From positions 2,542,001 to 2,606,000 of the forward strand of contig JAYWIR010000023.1 of the NCBI GenBank assembly GCA_036172245.1: DNA of 64,000 nt, given 5' to 3'. Source of the DNA: Raillietiella orientalis. Lineage: Eukaryota. This document shows positions 24,760 through 38,000 of the stretch, one piece after another; position 1 is the stretch's first letter; each line of letters starts with the position of its first letter. The notes under the pieces were generated by a model, which made no database searches, was not told the DNA's origin, and was given only the letters and a program-made list of their open reading frames with translations. A program made the position numbers and the translations under genes.

Positions 24760-27150
24760 TCCTCGGTCTCCTTAGTGGAGGTCTGGTGAATCTCCTAAAG
24801 GAAGACGAAGCCAAAGGGATGTAGACCACAGCACATCTTTTCTCATTGCCGTGGTGCAGGCCGCTCACATTCCACGAGGTCTTGCGCACGCGGCGAGCTG
24901 CGAACCGAGTTCTATGCTGGTCACGTCAAGATGTTCAACATACATTATACAAGATGATGATGCAAACTGGTTGGCAAGGATCTGGAACAAACTGTCGAGG
25001 TCTATAATGTCATCAGTGACTGATTCTTGGCAAGCATGTGCAATGCCTGACAGGCATATGAGAAACACAAAATGCTCCCTCGTAGGATCCCAGCGAAGTG
25101 CTGGGAGAGATTTCGTTGGCTTCATTTGGAGACACTGAAAAAGCGTTCTACACAGGGGTTACGGGATGCTCATCTGCATGCCGTGGACCTTGAGATTCCC
25201 TCGTGAATTCCACTGTTACATCACAAAAGTGCTGCAAAAAGTGAATGTCAGGGTCAATGGAAGGATGCGCCATAAGGATAGATCCGTCGCACGGAAAGGA
25301 GGTGCTCATCGTCTCGTGTTGTTCGTGCTCTACATGGAAAATGCGTCAACCCTTGGCCAAAAGCGATGGCAGCGGGCCTGAGCGGATGACCTGTTGTTCT
25401 TGCTGAGGAATGAGGTCGACCAAGAGAAATGCCTTAACATCATTCACTCCATACAAACAGGATTGGATCTGAAAGTCAGTAAACCACCAGTCCCAGCTCC
25501 TATTGGAATCCCCGCTTTCACGACGCCGAGGTCACGACGGTTCAGAATGAATGCACCGCCCGAAGAATCTGGGTGCTTACATCGGAAACGCACTAGAGAC
25601 GGAGGAAAGACATCTGGAAAGAATTCCTGTGACTTGTAAGGGGGGAAGCTACTAGGTACGATGGCGCGTACCTTTAGATAGTGGAAGAGGGCTAACATGT
25701 GGACGGGGGGTCCTGTTCTCGAAGATTCTGCGTGGTGCGAGCTTTCACTCTGTACTTCGCAGGAACAGGAAGTAGATCCCTTACATTCAACGACTTTCGT
25801 CCGGGAAGACAGCAAGCTGCAGGTCAGGTTGAAGCTCCTATGTCGTCCGTGGGAGTAAAGTAGGAACGGGACTCAGGAGATGGAGCATGGAGCTTGATTG
25901 TGGGACGCCATCTAAATCCTGAAAAACACTCGCCATTGGAACGAACGGCCACACTTCACTCACGGAGCATACGCAAAATGGATGATTAATGAGACTGGTG
26001 GGATGGTGCCAGTCATCCATGGGGAGCGTTCGGAGCGGGTTAAAACTGATCTCACCGGACCAAGAAGGCAGAATCTGGCACATCACATTGGCTTTAAGAT
26101 TGCACGTACAAGAAATGAACGAGTCGAAGCAGAAGAAAGGGAACTTCCACGTTTTCTTCCTATATGATGGACCGTAGAGGCATGATTTCAAGGGGAGAAA
26201 AGTCTGATAACCACCGACCGTGAAAACTTCTCTTTCAGCAGCAGCCACGTACACGGAGCATGACTATGTGAATGCAAGATCGACATTGAAGGATGTGTCA
26301 AGGATGAGATCTGGTAACTGGGATCTGGGGTGGAAGTCCTATGACTTGGAATGGCTGCGTCCCCTTCATGCAATCTGGCACCACTGAGTCAATTCATTGA
26401 CTCAGTGGTGCCAGAGAATCGTTAGAAAAGATGGCGCCACGAGAGCAGCGAGTGTCAACCCACAAGCAGTTGGAACTGCTTGTGGAATTCCGATCTTCCG
26501 CCTGATGCTTTACCACGGAACGTTTCGTGTGGAGCCAAACCTTGTGATCAAAGATCAAAAATGAAGACATTTGCTAGGGGCATCTCGGGTTACCGTCCAG
26601 GATGCACAGCTGTGATTACGCCTTCGATGGGGTAACAACATGGTGGTAATGGTATATGAAGAATTTCTTTCTTCAGACCAGGTGACCAAGTGGAGAACGC
26701 CTCCAGAGGTTTATTTCACTTACTAAATTTCGGATAGAAATCCTGGGGAAGAAAGCTTTTTTCAGCCTTCAGATCGATCTCATTTCGAATCTCACATTCC
26801 CAAGGCGATCTCGAAATCAGGGCGCCAATGAGCCATCTTCTTTAGCTGCACCCCACAGCAAGGAAAGACGCGAAGCCGTTTGTAACCGGTGTAAGCCGTT
26901 TTTGAGAACCACGAAAAGAGAGGGAAAGGCAGTGCTCCACGCTTTCCAGCAAAGCAGTATCGAAAGAAGCGAGAGAAGGACACAAAGTTGGAGCAGGTCT
27001 GATCCAGGTTGCAGAGGGAAAGGAAACATGCAGACGGACGTTTGGGGAGGCAAGACTTTGGTGGTATTCTCTGTCCATTCCTTCACTCACCCCTCACCCC
27101 CTCCCAATCCCCATCTTTCTTCGCAGCTGATTTCCATCTGGATAAAGAGT
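24760..27150 (-). mobile_element. Decayed Ty3/Gypsy LTR-retrotransposon internal region (gag-protease-RT)
   Basis: Order on minus strand: gag-like LISRSPWECEI, protease-like MTGTIPPVSLI (cf. LDTGA.VSLI, ~26010), then RT-like DGSILM, CIMYVEHL (cf. YVDDIL) and FGFVF. No LTRs identified. Confidence 0.5.
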
Positions 27151-30140
27151 CTCAGTGACGCGAGTATTCGAGCTTTTCTGGTGTCATAGTGAAGTACTTC
27201 AAGCACCTGCAGGATCCTCACGTGGGAATTTCCGGAACCACCTTCCTCAGAGCGGCGACCTCGAGGCCTGTGTGTAGGGCAGGCGGCATGCACTACCAGT
27301 CCCCAATTCGGGTTCCTTCCCATCGATTCCTTATTCTACCCTTGTCCTATTTCGGCACAAGAAGGGGGAGCACGCTCTCATGTTGGGGCACCGCTCCATC
27401 AATGTGAGGTGCAGGTGTTCTCCTCTGGCAAGTCTCAGCTTAACGAGCCAGATGGCCACCGCAGCGACCAGAAGAGTTTGGCGGCGAGCGATCCTCCAAG
27501 CTCTCCTAGTTACTGCTCACCGATAAGCACCTCTGAGTTGGAACCCTCACTTCTGGCAGCGTCCTTGCGGTCCGATGGTTGTCCCTCGTACCTCCCAACG
27601 CTGCGTAGAATCCGCCCCCAGCCGGCAGGCACGACACTTTCGAGAACATTCTCTCCTTGTTCTCGTCCTTGCAGAGAGACACGCACTCCCGTTTTCCGTT
27701 GAACGTTTGGGCGTAACCTGTGATCCGGGAAATCGGGGAACGTTGCCAAGCAGCTCATAAAGACCCATGCATGGCATACAGCTGCTACGAAACGGAGATC
27801 CTGGACCAGCCTTTCTTTTGTTGGGGCGCAGGATCATCTCAACTAAGCCTTGCAAGACACATCTGAGGCTATCATCAGTACTCTTCTTTGCTCCTCTTCT
27901 TCGGAGGATAGGTGAAGATGAAACAGAAAAAAAAATTACTATGGGAATGAATGAATGAGAATGATTCATGAATCATTCTCATTCAGAACACTTGTCCCAT
28001 ACTGAATGGAGGATTCTAATACTCCTGTAGTTATTCTTTATCTGTTATCTGTTCCATCAAATGGTCCTGCATGGTGACCTGAAAATGGTGGTGATAAGAT
28101 TCCGATAATTTCGATGTTACTCACCAATCTCGATAATCGATATTCTTCGTATTAGTTACCGCAGATGATGATAGGATTGGAGTATCAGAGCGCGAAGAAC
28201 AAATCTGATGACACTGCGCCCTGGTAATGACAATGCGTGCGTCGAAGGTGAAATTGCAAGCGACAGCAGAGTCACTTTCGTAGTGCCCACTGACCCACAT
28301 TTTATCCCTCCTTGTGGACGGAACCTTGCCTCGTGTAGCGCCACTGACTTTGGTGACGCTCCGGCACGAGCAGGATTTGTGCTGAGGCATCGATCCCACC
28401 TGCCTTGCAAGGGCGCTGATCGCCTCGTGCGCGCTTCCGAGCCGGGACGGAAGACCGCAAGATACCTTTGGTGATTTTGGAGCCCAAGCCATTGCCTCCA
28501 CACTCTTCAGAACACTTTGTCTTCGACCCGTTCCACACATTCTTCCTAATACTTGGGGGATCCTCTACTCACCGGCCGCAGCGATAGCCTCTACGAGAAA
28601 AGGCACGTCCAGTCGTACCTGGAAAAGAGAAAAGGAAGTGCTCGCCATCACCATGTGAAATGGCCAAGTAATTGTTGACTTGGCCGTCAAGAAGAGAGCG
28701 TACCAAAGCCATAGGGAAACACACAGATGATTGTTGCCAGAGAGCAGGAACGAATGATGCTCCGTCGTTCAACAGGGATTCCCCATCGGTTGGTTAGAGG
28801 AATAAAAAGTTGTTATCCAAGGGAGAGTTTGAATTACTCAGGAATAAGTCAGAGAACTGTAGGTCCGATAGGATTCCAGGACTCCAATCTACCGATGTGT
28901 GCCTCCTTGTCGATGAGAAGCAGAACGGGGGATGTTTCTCCATCTCTGAGACGCCGTCTTCTGCACATTCCTTCCGAGAGATCTCTGGACTTTCTCCTCG
29001 TGTATTCATCAATAACGAGGCCAAGTTGCACCTCGAGTTTTCCTGATTTCTGGACCAAGAAGGGAGGAGGAAGCTTCGCGCCTGCGGTTGCTCTGTCCCT
29101 TCCTTTTTCTCATACATATTCGCACGGAAAACTTCGTCAGGGTCGTTCGGGATGATCTGTACCAGAACGCATGGATGATCTTCGGATTTTTAGGCGAAGG
29201 AAAGAAAGGAAGCAAATGAACTGCGCGGAGACGCAGTTCAGCACCCCGGACCGTAACAACGATGCCAGCGGCACGCACTGAGCGCAGTACTACATGGGCA
29301 GCTGGTGGCACGGCCGCTGCCGACCTGAACGGACGCTACGGGGCCGCGCTGACCGGGTTCAACGTGGGCTCGCAGAATTGCATGAGGCTGAGGAAGGTGG
29401 AGGTAAAGACCGGCCTCTTGCCTCCTCCCCACCGCCGGAGGAGACTCGTTCCCACGCAGTCATGGGGCCAGAGAGTCAGTACGCTGGTCCTCTCCTGCCT
29501 TTCCCCTGCGACCCCCTTCACGCTAGTCCGTCCCGCGATTCTGAGGCGGTCCGGGCGTACCCCCACTCTCGAGCGCCGACCCAACCGTGCTGCAGCCGGA
29601 CGATGCGGTGGCAAAACCAAAGGAACGCGCCTATTCCTTTTTCGAGATTGGACTTGGTGGGCCAAGAACGATCACTGCTGCTCCTCTGTGTGCATGCGAA
29701 AGATGGCTAAAGGCATTCCTCCTCCTACCACCCCCCCGCTCTGTCTGAAATAAAAGAGTGATAAACGGGAATCGGATCGCTCTCAGTTCTTGCGCGGGCG
29801 TCTCCCGGGCTCCGGCTTGCCCGAATGGGTTATGCGCTCCGCCGCGCGGATGAGAGTCGGCACGCGTGGCACGCACACCGGCAGCGAGCGGCTTCCCTCT
29901 CCCTCGAGGCTGGGCTTCAGTGGAGTCACTGGCTGCCTAGGACAGAATTTCGCGCGCACCACGGCGCGGATCCTCCAGGATGCTTCCCTCCCTTGCCGCC
30001 CTTGCTCTGGGCTCTTCCTTTCTGCTGTGGGGCGTTGGTCCCTTGGGCCTCATTTCGAACGAGTGCACGACGCCGCGTGCTGCTGCTTTACGCAGGAAGG
30101 CCTTCCACCGGCTTCCACCTGAGGAATTACGGAACGCAGG

Positions 30141-30150
30141 CTATTTATAG
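30141..30150. promoter_or_regulatory. Perfect MEF2-consensus site CTATTTATAG (reads TATAAATAG, TATA-like, on minus)
   Basis: Matches YTAWWWWTAR and sits as an AT island in GC-rich DNA upstream of a putative muscle Z-disc-type gene. Confidence 0.3.
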
Positions 30151-33100
30151 AAAGGGGGCTACGCAGTGAGGAGCTTTCCCGTCCGATGAAACAGAGAGAT
30201 GATCGTACAAGCGATCGGAGGAGAAGCTCATCCTCCACCGCCGCAGATCCTCATCTGTGGAAAGCTTGGCCAGGGAACTCGCGGAGTGGACGAATCCGTA
30301 AGAGAGGACCTCCCTCTTGGTCGCCGGAAGTCCGACCAGGTATCCCAAGGGAAGAGGGGGTTCAGAGTCGGCAGTTTACCTTTAAGAGCAGAGGGTGCTG
30401 CATGGGTGGACCCCCCAACGGCTCTGAGATCCTTTCTTATTGCCCCTCTGGGACCTTGACCTCGGCGATTGAACCTCCAGAATCTCGCGGTTCCCATGTC
30501 GAGCCACCTCGCCCCATCTTTGAGCACGATGAGGAACCAGCAAGCCAGCTGCGCCCCAGGTAGAGTGGGACGTCCAAGCGCCCCTCCGGGTCCGATCGTC
30601 ACCACTGCAGTGCTGTACATCCTGAGGGAAAATCGCGCCGCAAGGTCTTCCGGCTCTTTTTCCGTCCTCCCCGTGCTTTTATTATTAGTGTCCTGGGACG
30701 GCACTGCTAAATTGCTTTCATCTCTTTTTGGAAAGCTTCCTATTCCTGTGTCATAAGCTCCTTCAGAAGGTGTTGCGTTTTGGGAAGAAGTAATTTTGCG
30801 CAGCTCTGCGGGTCCTCACCTGCCGAAGAGGAACGTTCGAGCTCCCACCTCCAGGGATGCAGGGGAGAGTCCTTTCGTTGACGGTCGGCAGCAAAGACAC
30901 GGAGTCGCTAGCACGCCAGGAGCCCTCGCAGTCAGCCCCCCTTCCTTCCTGCTCCTTGCACTCCTCGGCTCAGCAGCGGCAGCGGCGACTCCCCCACACC
31001 CCCTTCCCGCAGCTCCGCCTTGCCTCCTTCTTGCTGTCCCGGGTCCCGAACATTGCTGAGATGCAAAGCAGGTGGAACGGCTGCTCCGAAGCTGAGCTGA
31101 CTGGAAGCGACAGCTGGAAGGAGGGGGAGGAGAGAGGCAGCTGTCCACTCCTGACCCTGGTGCTGCGAAGAGGACTGACTCAATCGATAGACCGTCCCTC
31201 CTTCCCCCCCTTCCGGTCGTTCTTGAGCAGCGTTCCCACGAGCGCAGGTGCGACCGCATCCCCTTGTGAGCATCACTACCACCCGAGCACACTACTTTTT
31301 CCGTGTTGTCCCCTTTTCTTCCTCGCGACGCAAAGCGCCATCGATGGACTGGAGCTGCACCGCCACTCGCTAGGCAGCATGGATTCCGCCATTCGTCCAC
31401 GGCGATCGGAACTCCAGAAAGCGGCCACCTTCGTGGAGAGAGTCTCTTCTTCCAGGGACCCGTTCCGCCAGGTGGACTCGCCCTCGGGCGGCGGACCCCA
31501 ACCACGGCAAACGACGGGCTTTTACCTAATGGGAGGAGGAGCCTCCAGAGATGGAGGAGATCCCGTAACAAAGGTCAAGTCCCGTTTCTCCTCCCGGCCA
31601 TTCTCCGTCTCGGAGGCCCCGTTTCCTGGAAACTTCCGGAACGGAGGCTCAGAAACCGTTCCGCAGGCCCCGATCCACTTTTTGCGCTCCCCTGGCGGCG
31701 TTTGCCTGGAGGGAAGGGATGTCCGTCCGGGGAGAAAAACCGGCACGTTCGACCCGAAAGCCCTATCCGCCTCCTCTGGCAGTCTGTAGGGCGCGCCTAA
31801 CCCGGAGCTCCACTTCCGACGACGCCTAACGTCTCTAGGAAGGGAGGAAGATCGCAACCGGAGCAGGTGGTTTGACTTGATCCAGTCGTTCCAGGGCGTG
31901 GACCCCTCCTGCCCACAACTCGAAGGCCTCGGATGATGAATCCGGGATTCCGGCTGGACCTGTCCCCCCAGTCGCATCTGTTGCCAGGAACAGGATGACC
32001 CCGAGAACGTAAGACCCCTACACTTACACAGCCTGCTACACACCTTCATTCGCCCACGTCCTACCTCATTCTTCATCCCCTTCCTTGTGTGGCGCCGCCC
32101 TGGCAGGGAGATCTCACACTCGACGAGCCGCCTCTTGCTCTTCGGCCTCTGCCTCCTCTCTTTGTCTCCAGAAGGAAGGGTCCCTCTCCCCGAAATGTCC
32201 CTTCCGGAGATCCCCAGCGGCCGTTGTCTCTGCTGCGCACATCTTCGATCCAGGGGGCGCCCAGAGGGACGCACAGTGGAGAAGGGAACGGACGCGTAGG
32301 AAGGGGGAGGGAAAGGGACAGTCACGAGGGACATGCAACCAGTCGAGCCTGAGATTCCGCTTAAAGAAATGGCGCACATGGCTCAGCAGAAGAGTAGCTG
32401 AGAATGCAGGGAAGATGGAAAACTCTAGGAAGAATTGACGCCTGCGACCTCTTGGAGATTCCACCACCTGAAGCTCTCCAAGTAACGTCAAGAGGTGGGG
32501 AGGGTAGCGTTTCCCGGGACCTACTGCCACGCGGAACTGCTGGCCACCCCTTTCCTTCCAAGGAGGCAGTAGCACCAGGGGGCACTTGACCCGCTCTCAC
32601 AACCAGCCCCCCAACCTCTCTTGCCGCTGGAGGCTTCCGATCTTGGGCGCGCCAGGCGCTTTGGTTAGAGATTCCGAGGGAGCAGAAAGGGCGGGAGGTC
32701 GCGGTCCGACGTTCCCCGCGTTCCTCCGTGCTGCCTCGTCATTTCCATGGACGCGCTTGTCGAACCAACCTGCAGCTTCCGCGGGCAGCAGACTACGTCC
32801 CTGCGGGCGAGTTCGGCTAAGGGTCTTTCTGAGAGGCTAAGATTGGGACCCCCATTCCGGGCCCTACTTCCCGTGGGGGGAGATGGAGCGAGTGATGGCG
32901 ACACGGCGAGGGCGGGGCGAGGGCGCGGAAAGGAGGAGAGGCGGAAAGAGAAAGAAGGACAGAGAACGCGTGGGGTGACACCCGCCAGCGTACGTGCGTG
33001 ATCGGTCTGTGACATCATCGAATGGGTGTCCCCTGAGGAGATCCAACTCTCCACGCGGAAGGATTTCTTCCACTCGAAAAATCCCAGAGTGAAAAGGCAA

Positions 33101-35009
33101 TCCTGCACGCGCCTGGGAGCAGATGCGAGGGAGGGTGCGTCAGTTCCAGCGAGGCGCCAAAGGCACGCCTCATAGGGACGTCGTGGTTCGGCATCGCCGC
33201 GCGCCTGCGGTGGCCCTCGGCGCGGAGGCCGTCGCCAGTCGCTGCTGCAGCAGTGCCGCCGTCCAGGTGGTCACCACGACTACTCTCCACCATGGCGACC
33301 ACGGGCAACGTGATTATGGCCTCTGCCTGTCACTGTTACTGTTGCTACCATCACTGCCATCATTACCATTATTGTTGCTATTTTACTGCTACTACAAGCA
33401 GCGTGGCCGCATGACCCGCCCCTTGTAGTGGTAGCCACTGCTGCTGCTGTCCCTGCGGCTGCTGCTCCGGTCGCCAGCTCTTCCTGCCACCTTTGTAACC
33501 GCGGCGGGTTCTGCTGCAGTCGTCTCCCGGACGAAACTCAGACGCCGGAGAACGCCACGCTCACAGGGGCGCACATGACTGCTCCCTCCACCTCCTGACC
33601 TCCTGGACGCGCGCGCGCGACCCGCGGCTTTCGCCGGGTCTACCAGCGCTATCGGCCGCCCGCGCTACAGAGGACCACGCGCGCCCCCAAAGGTGCGGTG
33701 CGGGTTCCTCCTGGAAGGGGAGCCGACGGTTTTCACCTCTTCTTCTTCTTCTACTTCCTCCCCCCCCGCCCCCTTGGGGAAAGAATAGGCATACCGCGAG
33801 AGGGAACCGCCACTTTCTTTCCCCCCTCTGCTCCCCACGGTCGCGCGCGAGTGTCTATTTATACGCGCGCGCGCGCGCGGGGCGGTTCGCGTTCCTGCCA
33901 AGACCGTCGCTGCGTAACTCGGCAGTGCCTCCCGGTCTCCTCTGGGGGGAAGTGTGCAAAAAAAGGGAGATCCCTCGAGGAAGAGGGAGGAAGCGTTTCC
34001 GGACAAGCCCTGAGGGCCGCCTCGATCGACCCCGACGGAGGAGACGACTTGGCTGAAGAGCAGGGAAGGCTCCAGAACAGCGGGTAAGTCCTCACTCCCC
34101 GTGCGCCATCCCTTTTTCCGACGCGCGGTGTGTTGTGCGTGTGGGGTGTTAGATAGTTCCCCACGGCAGATGGATACTTCGGGTGTGGGGTGCTTCGGTT
34201 CCGAGACCCTTCTCATCCGGAAAGACAGGAAGCTGACGAGAGGGTGGAGAGGGGGGCAGCGCTCCCAGACTTTTGCTCCCTTGGGAAGCAGGGGTGCCCC
34301 CGGAGGCGTCCCGGCCTGGCGGCCTGCCTCCGTTCGTTCCCCTCCTCAAGGATGTGGGCCGGGACCCCGACTCCTCCCCTATTTTCTTTTTCAACCGTCA
34401 GGAAGTCTTCCCCGTGAGCATGGGGGTACCTGGAGCACTGCGGGTACCCCCAAAGGGCAGGACGCTCGATCGCTGATGGGGAGGGCGGGAGGAAGGGGCA
34501 AGATGGGCCAGCGTGGTTTGCGCTTCCAGAGGACGGGGGGGAGTCGCGTCGGCTTACGGCAATCGGAAACTCCCTTGACCGTTCCGCCCCCTGGCGACCT
34601 ACGCGCGGCCACGGGTCGCCGGATGCTTCCGCGATGAGAAGAACCGATGCGACGGGGTCTCTCCCTCCGTCCGCCAGCCCTAGGGGATGGGGACTCAGGG
34701 GAGCCGTCGCGCCCTTTCCTGTGGAGATGCCTCGAGGCCGGAAACCGGAGCAGTTCGAGGGCTGCCCCCCTCCCCACCCTAGCGCTTCCACGGCCCGCTG
34801 CCGGAGGAAACACGAACTGACGCTCCTCGGAGCCTCTATCTGAGATTGGGGTCCGTGAGGGAGGGGTAAGAATCCGAGGGCCCTTGCGGATTGCTTCCCG
34901 GCCCTCTCCCTCCTGCGGGGAGGGGCAACTCCCAAGTTCGTGCCCTCCAGGGACGCCGGGTAAACGCACTCCGGTGGGGTCCGAGAATCCGGGGTCGGGC
35001 GATCCTCCT

Positions 35010-38000
35010 CCAGACTACGCTGCTTCCCTTCGTTTCCCTGTTCCTCGGGAGTGGGAACGACTCTTCCCATCCCAGACGTTCAATCTCTCGAGAGAGCAAC
35101 CCAGTGCTGAGGGGCCTTCTGGACAAGAGAAAAGCATCTTCCAGATTCCCGGGAAGGGCATAAAGATGTTCGTCTTCGGGAAGGGAGAGAAGCAGCATTG
35201 GGGTGCTGCTCCCCTACTGCGCATCCCCTCCCACGCTTCCGCTGAAACCAGGAGGATCCGCTGGGGAGTTTGCCCGGGCGCGGCTCACGGAGTGCGCTCT
35301 CTCTCTCCCCTCCAGGCTGGACTTGGCAGTCCTGTGGACGTTCCCCTCCTTAAGAACAGCCTTCGGCAGCCCTGGGGCTCCTCCTCCCGGAATGGATGAT
35401 TTCCCGCAGGACTCCTTCCTCAACCGATCCGTCTTTCCTCCCGTTGCTCGGATGTGGGTCTTACCCCTTCTCGAAAGCGAACTGAGGGGCAGGCGGCGCG
35501 AGGACTGCGAGAGTGCTCTCCGGCGGAGGGAGGGGGCGCCACCGCTGCAGTCTGCTCCTCCGCGACGCGAGCAGATCCCTCCTGGGAGGAGGCAATCCCG
35601 GCGCATACCCTTCGCCCGCGGTCCGGCGGCTTCTCAGGGAGGTTTCCTTTCCCGCTGGTCCCGGTCGCGGGGCGCGCGCATCTTCGGGAGGCGCGGGCTC
35701 CTCAGACCACCAGAATCCCTGCTCCTCTTTCTCTCTTCTCGACTCCAGGTCGCTCCCGGGGGCACTCGGCGTCCGCTGCGCGCTCCCGAAGCTGGGTCGG
35801 TCTCACGGGAGACCACCTGGATCTGAGGTCCACCTTCCGCTCCGGATGCCTCCTCTTCCCCTGCGCCTGATGTTCATCTCATCATTCCGGACCGCCGCTC
35901 CTTGTCTTGGCCTCCTTCCACCGTGCCTTCTCCCGCCCTTCTCTCCCCCCCCCCCTCTCCTCTCTTCTTCCTGCTTGCAGAGCATCGATAAAAAAAAAAA
36001 AGAGAGAGAAATCCCGGAGAAAAGAACGCGCGCGCTTCACACCTCGTTTCGTCTTTGAGCCGGAGCCAAGCGCCGTCGTCTTGGAAACGCGGAGGGAGTC
36101 AAGGCTGACTCGAGGGTTCGGCAGACACCTCCGCCGCGCGGGGAGCAGCGGGACAGGGAGGAGGAAACGCGGAGAGGGAAGAACCCTCACCGGCTTGCCA
36201 AGAATGCGAGAGAGGCGGTAGATGAGCGGGGGAAGAGACTGCGCTCCCCTTCCTCCTCCCCATCGTCCCCTCCCCTTCCCGCGCAACTGGGGAGCTTGGC
36301 TCGGAGAGCGGGCGCGGCGCCCTCTGACTGCGGCAGGCCGGAAACCGCGGGGATCTTCCCTCGAGCTACACTGCCTGGGAGAGGAGCGGCACTAGGTCTG
36401 AGACCTCCTGCTGGCAGCTGCTGCATCCACGTCCCCTTCTCTCTCTTTTGAAAGGGAGGTCCTCTCCGGGAAGGGAAGGGTCACAGTTTCCACCTCTTCT
36501 TCTTCTACTTCCCCTCCTCTCACCCCCTTCTGGGAAGAATGCGCATCGCGGGACCCAAAGGAAGGAAGAGGGGACCTCCCAGAGGGAGCTGCATCCGCTC
36601 ACCTCTCCCTGTGGGCGCACAGGAGGGAAGGACAATCTCTCTCCGGGAGGGGGACGGGGGAGGAAGAGCCGCAAGCTCGGCCGGATTTGTTGGCTTCCTA
36701 GGGAGTGCAGAGAGTCACCTTACCTTCCTTCATCCCAACCCTTCTCTCTCTTCTTCATGACCCCCCTTGGACCCCGGAGCAGCGCGCCTCTGCCACCGGC
36801 GGAGGAACCAGAGAACGCCCGTTGCTGGGATGATGCGGAGGTGGGGGAGGGAGCTCCGAGGAATCCCCCCGCGGCCAGAGGGTTTGGAAGAGGCAGGGGA
36901 ATTGCATTGGTCCCCTGAACCCGGCTGGAATCCCCCTGGTGTCGCCAGTGGCTTGCGGCTGGAGCTACCGGAGAGAATCCTCCCCTCCCCCCCCCCGAGG
37001 CGTGGTGACTCGCGTCTCGGAGTCACTGGGTCACGGGAGGACTTTGCACCCAGACCCTCCCCCCAACTGGACGCTACCTTGGGTGGCGCCCCGTTGGGCT
37101 TCCCCCGTCTGGGTCCTACACGACAAACCACCTCGTAGCCATGGCGACCACAAAGGAAGCGGACGTGGTAGAATGTGATGGCGGAGGGGTGAAGTCACGC
37201 CCGGGGAACTCGGCGAGCGCGTCGCTAGGACACGACGCTCCTCTGGTCAGGAGCCGGGAGAACACGGATGGCTTACCCGAGCTCCTGGGGGCGTCCAAAG
37301 GGGAAGCAGGGGGGCTGCGATGGCGCCGTTCTTTCCCTTTCCGAGTGCTCCCCCCCCAAAAGACTCATGGGGGCGCACCGTGGACATCCTCGCCCGCGGT
37401 AGAGCAAGGAAGCAGTTCTTCCCGGATCCTCACTTTCTTCTCCCCCCCCCCTTTCGCTCCGCGCAGCACCCCCCCTCACGAGCTCCGAAGTCCTTGGGAA
37501 AAAGGGGGGAACCTGAGGGAATGAGGGTGCCTCCCTCCCCTCTTCCATGGGGAGGTGACTTTCCTCACTTCGTCCCCCCTTCGGGAGGAGATTCCCGGCG
37601 ACGCTCCTCCCTCCGCCCGCACGTCCCGGAGAGAAGGGGAAATTCCAGAGGCGTCTTCTGGAGAAACCGGTGCCGTCCCGGCGGGAGAATCTGTCACCCC
37701 CTCCCCCTCCTCCTTCCAGATCCGGAGGAAAAAAAGACGGGAGGGAACCGGGATCGGCGGGGAGCGTCTCTGGAGAGTCGTTCCCGCCCCCAGCCCTACT
37801 CCTTCGCCCGGGGCGCGCGATGGCCCTCGAAACATGAGGAAGGGGTGGAGCACTCCCGGAAGCAGACCGGGAAACGCCGCCGCGCCGGGGCCTTTGGAGT
37901 TTCGCCCCTCCGCTCCTCCATCCCTTCTGCCCGCTCTCGTGAACGGCGCTCCGGATGCGACTCTCCAGGCTCAAAGAGGGTAACGGAACTTCCGGAGTAA

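Noticed and set aside
28455..28520. DTFGDFGAQAIASTL resembling an RI-like leucine-rich repeat
   Set aside because: Single unit with an in-frame stop shortly upstream and no neighbouring repeats.
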